IMG/VR virus record: IMGVR_UViG_3300046542_000291 | Coordinates: 1-64,000 of that record | Direction: 5' to 3' (one strand) | DNA length: 64,000 nt | In this document: piece after piece, positions 1 through 9,900 of the stretch | How positions within the stretch are numbered: position 1 is the stretch's first letter | Layout: every line of letters begins with the position of its first letter | The notes under the pieces: generated by a model | Database searches by the model: none | Seen by the model: the letters and a program-made list of their open reading frames with translations, nothing else | What the model was told of the DNA's origin: nothing | Translations under genes and position numbers: made by a program

Positions 1-40
1 GCGATTGGTTCTGACCGGTTGGACCTTGGTTAACTGCCAT
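1..40 (-). CDS. 5' end of a gene running off the left edge (MAVNQGPTGQNQS...), possibly chimallin (nuclear shell protein)
   Basis: ATG at 40 with AAGGA SD and an early-type promoter at 111-126. Position three to four genes beyond the DNA polymerase matches phiKZ gp50-gp54 synteny as recalled. Only 13 codons are visible. Confidence 0.45.
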   Translation of the reverse strand, partial: MAVNQGPTGQNQS

Positions 41-110
41 GATGCTTTTTCCTTTACGATGTTACGATTCTTGATCAAGAGTCCTGATATCTCTATCAGG
101 TTGCATAATT

Positions 111-126
111 GTGATATAGACTTGAG
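111..126 (-). promoter_or_regulatory. phage early-type promoter CTCAAGTCTATATCAC
   Basis: One of six copies of a YTYAR-N-YCTAYATYAC-like motif on the minus strand upstream of minus-strand genes; resembles the phiKZ early TTTaA...TATTAC consensus. Confidence 0.6.
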
Positions 127-344
127 ATTTTTTTCAATCCACTAGCAGTCTACGACACTATAGAACTTTGGCGCAATAAGCGCTAGGTGTAACCGACGTG
201 GTTGTGAGTTACATATAGTTACACACAACTGGTCTTTAATTTTACAGACCGTCGATTTACCTCGGGCCCGGGGCATACACTTAGCACGGGAAATAGCCTT
301 ACGACAATCTCCTGTATTAAATGATGCCCTCCAGTATTTCTTTT

Positions 345-1751
345 TTACAAACGACCGAGACCACCCAGGATACGGGAATCGAAGTCAGCAATAGACTGGC
401 CATTGCCATTGGTTGGACCAGCTTCTTTAGCCTTGAGCTCCATCAGTTGTTGTTGCAGCTTGAGGACCACTTCCATGTCAATCGGCTCCAGGCTAGCCAG
501 CAAGGTATGAAGCTTGATGGTCAGAGCTTTGCGCTGCTCGGTGATTGTCTGGGTACCCTGGAATGGTGGTGGGGTCCAGTTCTCCGGAGTCTCGATCGAA
601 ATCAAGTTATCCGTTGTTGGGAGAGAAACACCTGCGCGACCAGTTGGTCCTTGCAGACCACTGAAGATACTACCATAGCCAGCAGGCAATGCATTGCGTT
701 GTACTGGGCGAAGATCATCTACGCGGGCAGTCAAACGCTCGCCATCGAACTCGGCCGTAGCGATGTCGTGGCGGGTCTTCCAGATACCACCCATCTTGTA
801 GCCATTGACCGAAGCAATGAAATCATCTTCATCGCCATTGAAGCCGGATTCCACCGCATAGTCGTACGACGTTTTGAACAATTCGTCCACTTGACTATTA
901 ATAGCAAAGGAACGTTCTGCTGCCATGATGTCTTGAGCAATGTCCCCGGCTTTCAGCTCACCGTCACGATACATGTCACGGAAGTGCATGCGCAGGATTT
1001 CGATCGACAGTGGGTGTGCCACATTCGATGGGTTGATCTTGCCGTGGTTGGTCAGTTGCTCCAACAGTTTGCCTTCCAGCGAATGCGACTTACGCGCAGC
1101 ACGCAGCAGACCGACACGATTGGTTTCCATGTGGGCACCCCGTTCATCGGCTTGTTGCAAGAAGCATTGAATACGCGCCTCCGGAATCAGCTTGGTGAGC
1201 AGTGTTTCGAAGTCGGCGCCGTCGATGTTCAGTTCACGCATCTTCTCAGGAGAAACGTCCAGAGGTTTGGTGTTCGCCGCCTGGATGATGTAGTTACGTG
1301 GAATCTCGTTCGTCTTGCGGGCAACTTCACGTTCTTCAACAGTTGCCACTTCGCTCAACGCCATGAACAACTCCAGGACATTGCCAGCCTGCGCCATGCT
1401 GACGATCTTCTGGATCTTCCACATGGCCAGCACGATGGAAACCATGGTGGCGGTAGCTGGACCGAACTCGGCGCAAATTTCCATCTTGGTGTTGAACAAC
1501 AGCGCCGTGTTGCAACGTTTCAGCACGCTGGTGATGTGAGCACCCATTTCGTTATCGGCGCGTTGCAGACCAGCGATGGCGGCACCGATGCTTGCCCAGT
1601 CTTCGTTCTTGATCCGGGTGTTGATCAGGTCCTGCAATTCCTTCCCGGAGGTCAGTGTAAGTGGACCCATGTAGCGGCCAACCGAGGAAGGCATATGGCC
1701 GGTCAGGCGGGTTTCGAAAGTGGAGATACTTTGTTGAGCGCGGATAGACAT
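345..1751 (-). CDS. hypothetical protein (468 aa), conserved-core position
   Basis: Long ORF with phage-typical codon usage and AGGA SD. Confidence 0.8.
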   Translation of the reverse strand: MSIRAQQSISTFETRLTGHMPSSVGRYMGPLTLTSGKELQDLINTRIKNEDWASIGAAIAGLQRADNEMGAHITSVLKRCNTALLFNTKMEICAEFGPATATMVSIVLAMWKIQKIVSMAQAGNVLELFMALSEVATVEEREVARKTNEIPRNYIIQAANTKPLDVSPEKMRELNIDGADFETLLTKLIPEARIQCFLQQADERGAHMETNRVGLLRAARKSHSLEGKLLEQLTNHGKINPSNVAHPLSIEILRMHFRDMYRDGELKAGDIAQDIMAAERSFAINSQVDELFKTSYDYAVESGFNGDEDDFIASVNGYKMGGIWKTRHDIATAEFDGERLTARVDDLRPVQRNALPAGYGSIFSGLQGPTGRAGVSLPTTDNLISIETPENWTPPPFQGTQTITEQRKALTIKLHTLLASLEPIDMEVVLKLQQQLMELKAKEAGPTNGNGQSIADFDSRILGGLGRL

Positions 1752-1814
1752 GCGATTTCCTTAATTAGGGGTCAATTGTATAGAACTTTACGATATTTCC
1801 AAAAGGCAAACATC

Positions 1815-2891
1815 ATGTATTCATTGTTTCGTAGCGATCCCATTGGTAGCTTAGGGATTGCAGCTGATCCCAACCTTCCTTATATCCGTCGTACGTACGA
1901 CATGTTGATTAAGGACGTTAAGAGTTACTACCGGAAAGCTCCGAAGTTTGCCGATGCAAGTAACGTCATTGCCAAGATCGTCAACCATTTTTTGGTGGAG
2001 TTCAAAAGCAGTGACTCTACGTTTGCAGCGACAGTTGATGACCAGTCTAAAGGACTGATCGCCAACCTAGGTATTGTGAGCGCGATTAATCGCGGGAAGA
2101 TCTTTACTACCGGGGTGACGTTAGGGCCACAAACCGAAGAGATCCTGGTTGCTACGTTTGAACGGTTTGACACATCGAACCTTAAAGCACGCTGGAAGGA
2201 CCTCCAGCCAATCCGTTACCTTTATCACACTCGGACTGACTGCAACCTACCGATCATGAACAACACCACCCCTGGACGGGGATACGGTGTTACCCAGGTC
2301 AATATCCCAATGCTGCTCGTGCAGTACCGGTATTGGTTGGCCAGCCAGATGATCACTGACATCCAGCCCATGAACGTGTACAAGTTCATAGGGGCTTACC
2401 CACTGGTGAATGCAATCGAATCCTACTTGGATATCGCTTACTTCAACAGGCTCTCACGTCAGGCGTACGGCATCAAGAACCAAACCTACCCATTGCCACA
2501 CCCGTTCTATTTGACGGACCTTACACCGAAGCTGGAGAAGCTAGCGGAGTACACCAACAAGCAACGTGCCCATAAAGCCGTGCAGTTGGAGCAACTCGCT
2601 CAGATTACACCGATGGTCACAAAGGATAGTCTCTACCGAGTAATTCAATTACCCCGTGAGCCTGTCACTCTCCAGAACGAATGGGCCCTAGCAATGGCTC
2701 GTTTACCGTACATCAAGTATCTCGTGAACGGGTTGAAGCAGGCACCTTCTTTCGACAGGAACCAAACCAACGAAGTGTTGATGGAGGTTAGGGAGTCCAT
2801 GGCTTCCCAAGCTTTCAGTATGAACGGTTCGAGTCCAGCAGTAATGCAGTTCAAGAAAGACGTTCAACTTCTGATTGACGAAATCAAATGA
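1815..2891 (+). CDS. putative virion structural protein (358 aa, MYSLFRSDP...)
   Basis: Real start inside the 856-aa track ORF, whose first 498 codons are antisense to 345..1751. Followed by a terminator. Virion role inferred from phiKZ-like synteny. Confidence 0.7.
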   Translation: MYSLFRSDPIGSLGIAADPNLPYIRRTYDMLIKDVKSYYRKAPKFADASNVIAKIVNHFLVEFKSSDSTFAATVDDQSKGLIANLGIVSAINRGKIFTTGVTLGPQTEEILVATFERFDTSNLKARWKDLQPIRYLYHTRTDCNLPIMNNTTPGRGYGVTQVNIPMLLVQYRYWLASQMITDIQPMNVYKFIGAYPLVNAIESYLDIAYFNRLSRQAYGIKNQTYPLPHPFYLTDLTPKLEKLAEYTNKQRAHKAVQLEQLAQITPMVTKDSLYRVIQLPREPVTLQNEWALAMARLPYIKYLVNGLKQAPSFDRNQTNEVLMEVRESMASQAFSMNGSSPAVMQFKKDVQLLIDEIK

Positions 2892-2894
2892 CAA

Positions 2895-2927
2895 CATAGG
2901 CCCTCCCGTAATGGGAGGGCTTTATGT
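2895..2927. terminator. bidirectional hairpin terminator with CATA...TTTATG flanks
   Basis: GCCCTCCC-GTAAT-GGGAGGGC between convergent genes. Confidence 0.8.
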
Positions 2928-2929
2928 CG

Positions 2930-3166
2930 TTACTGTCGGAATGGGATCGTCGAAGGAGGCCACATGCCGCGAAAAGGACGTTCCATGATCTCACTGAACG
3001 AAAGTGGTTTAGGCTTCTTATCAGCAGGAACAAAGTCCATCATCCGGTCCCAGATGCTGTTACCAGATATCTTCAACCGATGTTGCTTGAGCTCGCTTTC
3101 ACGATCACTCAGTGCTTTAGGGCAACCATTCACTTTGCCCTTAGCTTTCTTACGACGATTACCCAT
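2930..3166 (-). CDS. small basic hypothetical protein (78 aa)
   Basis: GGAG SD, directly downstream of 3172..4092, ends at the terminator. Confidence 0.65.
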   Translation of the reverse strand: MGNRRKKAKGKVNGCPKALSDRESELKQHRLKISGNSIWDRMMDFVPADKKPKPLSFSEIMERPFRGMWPPSTIPFRQ

Positions 3167-3171
3167 GGGGA

Positions 3172-4092
3172 TTACTCCGCTTCTTTGGCTACCGCATCAC
3201 GCACGTCACCGATGACATTGGCCACGGTGACAGCAGCTTCCGCGGTGCGAGTGATCTGCACTTCACCCGACGGTGTGACGTAAGCTTCAACGCCAGGGAA
3301 CTGGGCTGGTGCCAGCTCTTCGGTGGTCGCGATCTGATCGACCATAGCCAGATGCTCTGGTTTCAGGCCGAGTGGATTGTCCAGTTGGGCTTCAGGATCG
3401 ATTTCGATCACTTCAACCGGCACCAGGGGAGCAGCGGATGCTTCTTCTACCTGCTTGTCCAAACCGGATTCAACTTGACCCGGGCTGAATTCAACTTGAC
3501 CACCGGTGGTGATCATCAGCTTGTTGGCATGCTTGTAGATGAAGTACTCGTAGATTTCGGTCAGAGTACGGCTGGTGCCAGCTTCGGTCGACATCAGCTT
3601 TGGGTTGAGGTCGTACGTAGCGGCGCTGAAGAAAGCGCTGGCCAAGGTGTCTGGCTTGGAGCGGAAGAATGCAGCGGCTTGACGCTCACCCAGGATGGTG
3701 TTGAGTTCATCCTTGGCCAGTTGTTCGGCGCGCTTGATCAGCTTTTCTTCCGGAGTCAGGATACGGCACTCGGTCAGACGGGCCATGATGTGCTGAGCCT
3801 GCAACTGACGATGCATGCCCTGGACTTGACGAGTCAGGCCGCGTTGCTTCTTCTTGGAAGCCTTCTTGCCTTTCTTGGACTTCGGGTCCAGGAGGGCTTT
3901 GAAGTCACTGAACTCTTTCTCTTCGGTGGCACCGAGGATTTCCGGGGCGTGTTCGCCGCGATCACCAGGTGTACCTTTTGGGCCGACTTCGTCCATCATA
4001 TTCAAGCCTTCCATTTGGGTCAGCAGTTCACTGGTGGTTACAGACTTGCCAACGTTGGAGGCGTGCATCAGAGTTGGGGTGGACGGGTTCAT
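3172..4092 (-). CDS. hypothetical protein (306 aa)
   Basis: AAGGA SD; operon with the DNA polymerase. Confidence 0.8.
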   Translation of the reverse strand: MNPSTPTLMHASNVGKSVTTSELLTQMEGLNMMDEVGPKGTPGDRGEHAPEILGATEEKEFSDFKALLDPKSKKGKKASKKKQRGLTRQVQGMHRQLQAQHIMARLTECRILTPEEKLIKRAEQLAKDELNTILGERQAAAFFRSKPDTLASAFFSAATYDLNPKLMSTEAGTSRTLTEIYEYFIYKHANKLMITTGGQVEFSPGQVESGLDKQVEEASAAPLVPVEVIEIDPEAQLDNPLGLKPEHLAMVDQIATTEELAPAQFPGVEAYVTPSGEVQITRTAEAAVTVANVIGDVRDAVAKEAE

Positions 4093-4168
4093 CAGTTACT
4101 TCCTTTTGGTGTGGTAGGGCGAAAGCCAAGTACAATTTTGCCTTGGCTATTAAAAGTGACGGCCGGAG

Positions 4169-4312
4169 TCATTTACGTTTCCGTTTCTTGCGCTTCGGTT
4201 GGAATTCAGCGAGGCATGCCATGATCTTGCACGCCATCAAGTTCTTCTCAATCTGACGCAGTTCTTCTTTGGTCTTACGTCGAACTGGGTAGTAACCCGG
4301 TGGGGGCATCAT
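4169..4312 (-). CDS. 47-aa basic peptide MMPPPGYYPVRRKTKEELRQIEKNLMACKIMACLAEFQPKRKKRKRK
   Basis: Translated by hand; fills the gap immediately after the polymerase stop; below the ORF-track cutoff. Confidence 0.55.
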   Translation of the reverse strand: MMPPPGYYPVRRKTKEELRQIEKNLMACKIMACLAEFQPKRKKRKRK

Positions 4313-4322
4313 GGCATTTTAC

Positions 4323-6476
4323 TCAATAGAAGTCAGAGATCAAACGGGCGTTGTCTTTGTCCTGTAGGAAGATCCCGAGGGATTCCATGATCAGGTAGAA
4401 CACACCCATCGTGTTGGAGATTACGGTACGAACGTCAGCAACGCGAGTAACAAACTCAGGAACGCCATGGTTCTCCACAACCGACATCGGTACATGAAGT
4501 GCAGGGATACCTGTTTTGCCTTGCGCCATTGTCCAGGTCTTCAGTCGATAGCTGAGGGCCTTATCCTCAATCCCATCGATCCACTCGTTCATACGGGTTT
4601 TGTTGTCCGTAGTCATTGAGATCTTCACGAAGGAATATGGAGGACTCTCAAGTTCACCGTACGTTGGGGCGAACACGTCCCGCCAGAACAAGTGCTTCTT
4701 GAAGGTGTCGTTGTCTTCTTCCGCTTTATAGGAGTCAGACTTCTTCACCTGACCGGTGGTCAAATATTCGGCCTTACCAGAACGAATGGACAAGAAGATC
4801 TCACGTTCCATGTCAGCGATGTATTTCAACATCTCTGGCAGATCCAGTGAAACCTCACCCTTAACCGATTCAATGATGTCTTCCATCATCTTCTTGGCTG
4901 CTTTGTTGATCTTCGGTGGAACCTTAGAGTCTCGGAGACCCACACCCTTCACTTCCATCCGTGCCTTCTGGAACATGATCCCTTCTACGGCATCCTGAGA
5001 AGCGTAGTAGTGTTTCGATCGTGTCGTCAAAGACAGTACGGCAAAGTAGTATTCGTTCTTCATTGCCAGCAGGCGGAGCTTCTCTTTCGATACGCCCATG
5101 TTCGCTGACTGAATAGCGAGGATGTGTAGAACGGTTTCCGATACCAGGAATACCAAAGCAAACACCAGTCGTTTAGCTTCTGGTGTGAAGCAGATACGGC
5201 CGTAGAACTCTTCAACCCAGTACTGCATTGTAAACATCGTCGAGTCAGTGTCTGAGATGACCGCTGCGCGACGATAAGCAGTTGGGAAGGCATGGATACT
5301 CGGTGGGATGTTGGTGGTCAGGTAGAGCGCCTCAATCAAGAGTCGATACTCATCCAAACCATCGACAACACCTTTCGCCGTAGCGTAGACGTTCTCGAAA
5401 ACCTCTGGGTTTTCTTTCTGCAGTGTTTCGTCGTTACGTCCTTTAACCTTGTCGTAGCAGATGAACACAGACAAGAGTTTCAGGTCACCATCAAGCGTCT
5501 TGTATTCGTCTTTCGAAATCGTGTTGTTGAGATCACCCTCTTTCGAGATTGACTGCAGGAACCCTTTCACGAAATCCGGGTTGAGCTTATACAGGTGGTA
5601 CAAGTCACCCACGTACATTACTGCCGCACGTTGGTACGGAGTCATGTTCGTCGCCATGGTTAAGAACTGCGCTGTGTAAGTGCGATTCTGCCAATAGTGC
5701 GCCGAGGAATACAAGATCATGTCGACCACGTCCTGCGGGGATGGGCAAACAAGATTGTAACGGACCATCATCCGTTCAATCACATCCATGTCCGTGCAGT
5801 TGATGATCGACACCAGATTCGCTTTCACGATCTCTGGGTTGTAATAGTGGCGGTTACCCGTCAGGAACTTCTCGTTGTTTGCGTTTGCATACGACGTAGC
5901 GGTCCGGCAGGTAGAAGTCAAACTCGAGTGAGTCGACTTGTAGTACAGAATCGTTGCAGCAGATACGGTGGCTCCTGAGTAGGAGTTATTGTTGATTTTG
6001 AAGTTCTCTTGTTCGCCCTTACGAACCTTGGCTAACTCGGTGGCTTCAGGGTTGTTTTCACCCTCCAATCGCATCTGTTCTTTCTTTACCGCTTTACGGT
6101 TCGCTACGCCTTCAGCAATGTAGAGGGCGTGAGTCGATTGCCGTATTGTTTCAGGCATGTAAGCTGTCAACGAAGGAGAGAGCAGCAGTTGCTGTTTCTC
6201 AACTCGTTTTAAGAAGCCCATGAACGTTGTTTCTTTCTTGGCACGGTCACCTTGAAGGTTCTTGTCCAAGACCAGCGTTCGTGGATTGATCAACTCGAAC
6301 ATGCCACCCGTGGCAAACTCAGTTTTCACAAACTCAATGCATTGTTCTAACGGGTCCGCAGTCATCAACTGCAGGTACCGGGCGTTATCGATGATGGCAC
6401 CAGCGATGATATCAAGGTCCCGGTTGTAATCGTGAACCGATTTCAAGAACGGGTTCGGTACTTCTGGAAGGGCCAT
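4323..6476 (-). CDS. DNA polymerase, family B catalytic subunit (phiKZ gp50-like)
   Basis: Motif B FKINNNSYSG and motif C ISDTDS. Start moved to MALPEVP (AGAGG SD). Confidence 0.9.
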   Translation of the reverse strand: MALPEVPNPFLKSVHDYNRDLDIIAGAIIDNARYLQLMTADPLEQCIEFVKTEFATGGMFELINPRTLVLDKNLQGDRAKKETTFMGFLKRVEKQQLLLSPSLTAYMPETIRQSTHALYIAEGVANRKAVKKEQMRLEGENNPEATELAKVRKGEQENFKINNNSYSGATVSAATILYYKSTHSSLTSTCRTATSYANANNEKFLTGNRHYYNPEIVKANLVSIINCTDMDVIERMMVRYNLVCPSPQDVVDMILYSSAHYWQNRTYTAQFLTMATNMTPYQRAAVMYVGDLYHLYKLNPDFVKGFLQSISKEGDLNNTISKDEYKTLDGDLKLLSVFICYDKVKGRNDETLQKENPEVFENVYATAKGVVDGLDEYRLLIEALYLTTNIPPSIHAFPTAYRRAAVISDTDSTMFTMQYWVEEFYGRICFTPEAKRLVFALVFLVSETVLHILAIQSANMGVSKEKLRLLAMKNEYYFAVLSLTTRSKHYYASQDAVEGIMFQKARMEVKGVGLRDSKVPPKINKAAKKMMEDIIESVKGEVSLDLPEMLKYIADMEREIFLSIRSGKAEYLTTGQVKKSDSYKAEEDNDTFKKHLFWRDVFAPTYGELESPPYSFVKISMTTDNKTRMNEWIDGIEDKALSYRLKTWTMAQGKTGIPALHVPMSVVENHGVPEFVTRVADVRTVISNTMGVFYLIMESLGIFLQDKDNARLISDFY

Positions 6477-6602
6477 ACAAACCTCTAACACACTGTTATT
6501 CTTACGTAAGCGGTCTACCCCTAGACGAAATAAAAGGGAAAAAATTGGATGCCTCAACGAAGCATCCCAAAGAGGTAGCACATCACTTACATTCACAGAT
6601 TG

Positions 6603-6884
6603 TTATAACGGTAAGTATTTTGTTATGGCGTCTTGATAGACGTTTTCCTTTCCAACAGCAACCGAGGAGATCAGCAGCCAACGGATCAACTCATCGAATG
6701 TGAACTGCTCCGCATTGCCACCCAGGAGATCGAAGTAGCGAGGTTTATCAATCTCGAGTACTTCCATTGCCAGAGCAGCGGGCATGACCCTTAACAGACT
6801 ACTGAGGCTCTGTACCAGAGACAACTTCAGTAACAGGAGTGTACGGTCTACGGGAAGCAGTGGATCAGCGATTCCAGCAACCAT
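6603..6884 (-). CDS. hypothetical protein (93 aa)
   Basis: Fills the gap between 6865..7224 and the polymerase on the coding strand. Confidence 0.5.
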   Translation of the reverse strand: MVAGIADPLLPVDRTLLLLKLSLVQSLSSLLRVMPAALAMEVLEIDKPRYFDLLGGNAEQFTFDELIRWLLISSVAVGKENVYQDAITKYLPL

Positions 6885-7224
6885 TGATCAAATGCTTGTA
6901 GTAACGGGTAAGGCCGGTAGCGATGATACGCTTTACGTCTTGAATAGCCTGAGCATCAACGTCAGCTTCAATCGCTTTGTCGAGGGCAGCCAGATCTTTG
7001 TTGGTATTGATATTGACCGTACGGGTGAAGTCAATGGTGAAACCGTCAGTGAAACGAACCGAGCGAACCAGGTTATCGTCCACGGACCATTCCAGTCGGA
7101 GAGGATCAAGTCGGGTTGGTTCACGACCAGTCTCATGGTAGATGAACTTACCGATTTCGGTATTGGTGAAACCTGTGTTGCTGCGTGGCACAATAATCGG
7201 TTCAATTGTGAGGTGATGCATCAT
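6865..7224 (-). CDS. hypothetical protein (119 aa)
   Basis: AAAGG SD, operon strand. Confidence 0.7.
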   Translation of the reverse strand: MMHHLTIEPIIVPRSNTGFTNTEIGKFIYHETGREPTRLDPLRLEWSVDDNLVRSVRFTDGFTIDFTRTVNINTNKDLAALDKAIEADVDAQAIQDVKRIIATGLTRYYKHLINGCWNR

Positions 7225-7252
7225 ATTTACCTTTGTCTAATTAGAAGGGCGG

Positions 7253-7283
7253 CATAACGCCTCCCGAAGGAGGCATTGCTTTT
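7253..7283. terminator. hairpin terminator
   Basis: GCCTCC-CGAA-GGAGGC with CATA 5' flank. Confidence 0.65.
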
Positions 7284-7698
7284 ATTCCCAGGTTACCGAG
7301 CTGGGCTTCTCGTTGACGGCTGCTACAGCCAGCAGGATTCGTTGACGGCGAAGATCATCCAGGTCATCAAAGACCAGGCTGAGTTTCTTGCCCGCTGCGA
7401 TCACCAGGCTACCGTCACGAATCCACGGTACCCCAAGAATCACACTCTCGCCACCATCGAAGGTGACGCGAACGTAGTTGTATTGCGTTGGATCGTTTGG
7501 TACCGACACACCTGCTGCGATCAGGGACGGGTAAACGTTCCGATGAGCAACAGCGATGTCCAACCCCAGAGCTTGTGCAATCCGAGGGGTAGCGACCATT
7601 TCCAGTACGACGTTGGTGAAGTTGTTTGACAGGTAGGCATCAGGAATAACTTCAAAGCTAATTCGAGCGCCCGCCTCCACGTTTGCGATGTTCGTCAT
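7282..7698 (-). CDS. hypothetical protein (138 aa)
   Basis: GGAG SD, operon strand. Confidence 0.75.
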   Translation of the reverse strand: MTNIANVEAGARISFEVIPDAYLSNNFTNVVLEMVATPRIAQALGLDIAVAHRNVYPSLIAAGVSVPNDPTQYNYVRVTFDGGESVILGVPWIRDGSLVIAAGKKLSLVFDDLDDLRRQRILLAVAAVNEKPSSVTWE

Positions 7699-8125
7699 GT
7701 AGACTCCGGAAGGAAAGAATTGGTGAGCCGTGTTTCATAGGTTTAGGCTCAACAACCACTCCAACCGTTCCAGACATGTCGATTGGGATCATCGTAATGA
7801 TTTCTCCAACCGGAAAGTTCAGCATGAATTCGCGGTACATCCGGTAAACGTCAACCACATCTTCCGAGGTTACACCTGGGCAGATCATTTCCAATTGTTC
7901 GTCGTCGTCGAACTCCAGGAAGCCGTCATCTAAGACAACGCCATCCAAGAGCACGTTGTGAAACGCATCCATTACGATCTTTTGAAACTTACCCAACATG
8001 GCACGTCGAGTCTTCAGGTCCATGTCGGTATCAGCGATGACGTTGTCGCGATACCGTACACCGAAGGCCGCTGCGCTTTGTAATGGAACTACGAGGTAAT
8101 CGTAGCTCGGTTCATTGTGGTTCAT
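7658..8125 (-). CDS. acidic hypothetical protein (155 aa)
   Basis: AGGGG SD, operon strand. Confidence 0.7.
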   Translation of the reverse strand: MNHNEPSYDYLVVPLQSAAAFGVRYRDNVIADTDMDLKTRRAMLGKFQKIVMDAFHNVLLDGVVLDDGFLEFDDDEQLEMICPGVTSEDVVDVYRMYREFMLNFPVGEIITMIPIDMSGTVGVVVEPKPMKHGSPILSFRSLHDEHRKRGGGRSN

Positions 8126-8133
8126 GTTTACCC

Positions 8134-8544
8134 CTAGTAAACGATAGCGACCCCCCGGAGCTTTTCAGGGGTAAGTACAAGTTGCACTTTTCGACCGGTA
8201 CGTGTTTCGATGTTTTCGAAGTAGCAGGCAGCAGTCATGTAGTATTGAACCGCAAGGTTCCACACATACGTCTCAACTGGATCAGGAAGGTTATCCAAGC
8301 CTGGGACATGGTCACAAGCATGGGCAACTTTATCGTCAACCGTTAGGACGACACCGAATTCTTCTGCTCTGCCGTAATATGCCGTGCATGGGTGAATAGC
8401 TGTGTAGATCAGAGAGTGGGCAAGTTGCCTTGTCTTCAACTCATCTCCAGGTACATCAATCAACCCGAACATATTAATATCAAACACCTCCAACGTAAGG
8501 TCAGGCGTCGATGGGCTCGCCAGCCTCAGCGTCGAGTTCGTCAT
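8134..8544 (-). CDS. hypothetical protein (MTNSTLRL...)
   Basis: Start moved to the ATG with AGGA SD. Confidence 0.65.
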   Translation of the reverse strand: MTNSTLRLASPSTPDLTLEVFDINMFGLIDVPGDELKTRQLAHSLIYTAIHPCTAYYGRAEEFGVVLTVDDKVAHACDHVPGLDNLPDPVETYVWNLAVQYYMTAACYFENIETRTGRKVQLVLTPEKLRGVAIVY

Positions 8545-8989
8545 ATGAGATTCCTTGAAGAATAACCATCTGTGTTTTGTTAGGAACCATCGCAAACGTT
8601 TTGATTTCGTCTACATCATGACCGTTAAAGTGCAGGTCCCGGATTCCAGGGGCCAGCTGCGCGGCCATTGCACCGCAAGCAATCGCGAAGCACATGTTGA
8701 GGTATTGCATGATCTGCGGCATGCTGTACAGCTGCGGCTTGATCGCTTGGAACCATTCATCCACATACCAGTCGAACGGTCGGTTCTCAGGCTTGGGTGG
8801 AGATGACAACGTGAAGGTCACGTAGCGATTCACGCATTCCTGGAGAATGGCCTGAATGGCTTCCTCTTCCATCGGGAACGGTGAGTTCAGCGATTGGCTG
8901 TGGATCAGCGTAGCCATCTTGTTCAGTTCCAATGAGACCACTGGAATTGAGATGGTCACCGCACAGGTATAGCCTAGTGGCATGTTCAT
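8501..8989 (-). CDS. hypothetical protein (162 aa)
   Basis: ATGA start/stop coupling with 8986..9495. Confidence 0.7.
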   Translation of the reverse strand: MNMPLGYTCAVTISIPVVSLELNKMATLIHSQSLNSPFPMEEEAIQAILQECVNRYVTFTLSSPPKPENRPFDWYVDEWFQAIKPQLYSMPQIMQYLNMCFAIACGAMAAQLAPGIRDLHFNGHDVDEIKTFAMVPNKTQMVILQGISYDELDAEAGEPIDA

Positions 8990-9495
8990 GTCGGATGTCC
9001 GAGTTTAGATTTCATAAGCTGATGGCGCTGTTGTACTTTCTTACCACGGGATTTACTCCGCATGAAGACATCAGGGATAAGCCAATAGCTCGGGTCAACG
9101 AGGTTTTGCTCAACCCATTGGGTGATGTCGTACGTTACAACCACCAAAGCGCGATCGCGCTGTTCAGCTACATAGAAGGCCGAGATGATCCCTTTGGGCA
9201 AGACAACACGCCACAGCGTGGTTGCCATCTTAAGGAAGAGTTCTTCGTAACGTAGGACCCGTTTGCCGTACCCATGGATGTTAGGCACGGGGTGGTCACT
9301 CGGTCGGAAATTGGTGCAGTCGGTTTCCCAGGCTCTATTCACCTGAATTACCCACAACAGCAAATCGTCCCAAACTCCACCGGGGCCAATGCCGTTGTGC
9401 TTCTCTTTGTTTACGACTTGATGATACAGCTTCTTCAGTTCAGGTAACCGAGGGAGCCAAGTCCTGTGATCGATTGTGTAGACGATTGTATCCAT
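8986..9495 (-). CDS. hypothetical protein (169 aa)
   Basis: Tightly packed operon strand. Confidence 0.7.
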   Translation of the reverse strand: MDTIVYTIDHRTWLPRLPELKKLYHQVVNKEKHNGIGPGGVWDDLLLWVIQVNRAWETDCTNFRPSDHPVPNIHGYGKRVLRYEELFLKMATTLWRVVLPKGIISAFYVAEQRDRALVVVTYDITQWVEQNLVDPSYWLIPDVFMRSKSRGKKVQQRHQLMKSKLGHPT

Positions 9496-9872
9496 GGGTT
9501 ACCCACCGTGTAGATCTTAAAAAAGAGGAACACGGAATCCACATCTTCGAATGCATCAACGAAGGTTGGAATGGTTCCCACAGGCATGTACCGCTGACAT
9601 GCTTGTGCACGTCGTCTGATAAATCGAGTTATCGTTGCCAGGACATCAGAGCCGCCTTCGAAATCAAACCCAGCATAGCCGAGCTGCATCGCGATCATCT
9701 CACCGAACGTATCTTCGGGCAACACACCTTGGCAGATGGCATTGCCTATAATCTTTGCGATGGGATCTCGCTCTTCAGCGAACTCCACAAAGACCGTTAA
9801 GTAATCGGGGTCGTTGAAGCCGAAGAAGTCCTGATAAGACAATCGCAACGCATGGGTGCTGGTGAAAATCAT
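9435..9872 (-). CDS. hypothetical protein (MIFTSTH...)
   Basis: GGAGG SD before ATG 9872. Confidence 0.7.
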   Translation of the reverse strand: MIFTSTHALRLSYQDFFGFNDPDYLTVFVEFAEERDPIAKIIGNAICQGVLPEDTFGEMIAMQLGYAGFDFEGGSDVLATITRFIRRRAQACQRYMPVGTIPTFVDAFEDVDSVFLFFKIYTVGNPWIQSSTQSITGLGSLGYLN

Positions 9873-9900
9873 TATTCCTCCACGGCATACAACCACCCCA

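Noticed and set aside
321-1814. N-terminal 498 codons of the 856-aa plus-strand ORF
   Set aside because: Antisense shadow of 345..1751 that happens to run in frame into the real gene at 1815; not a true fusion.
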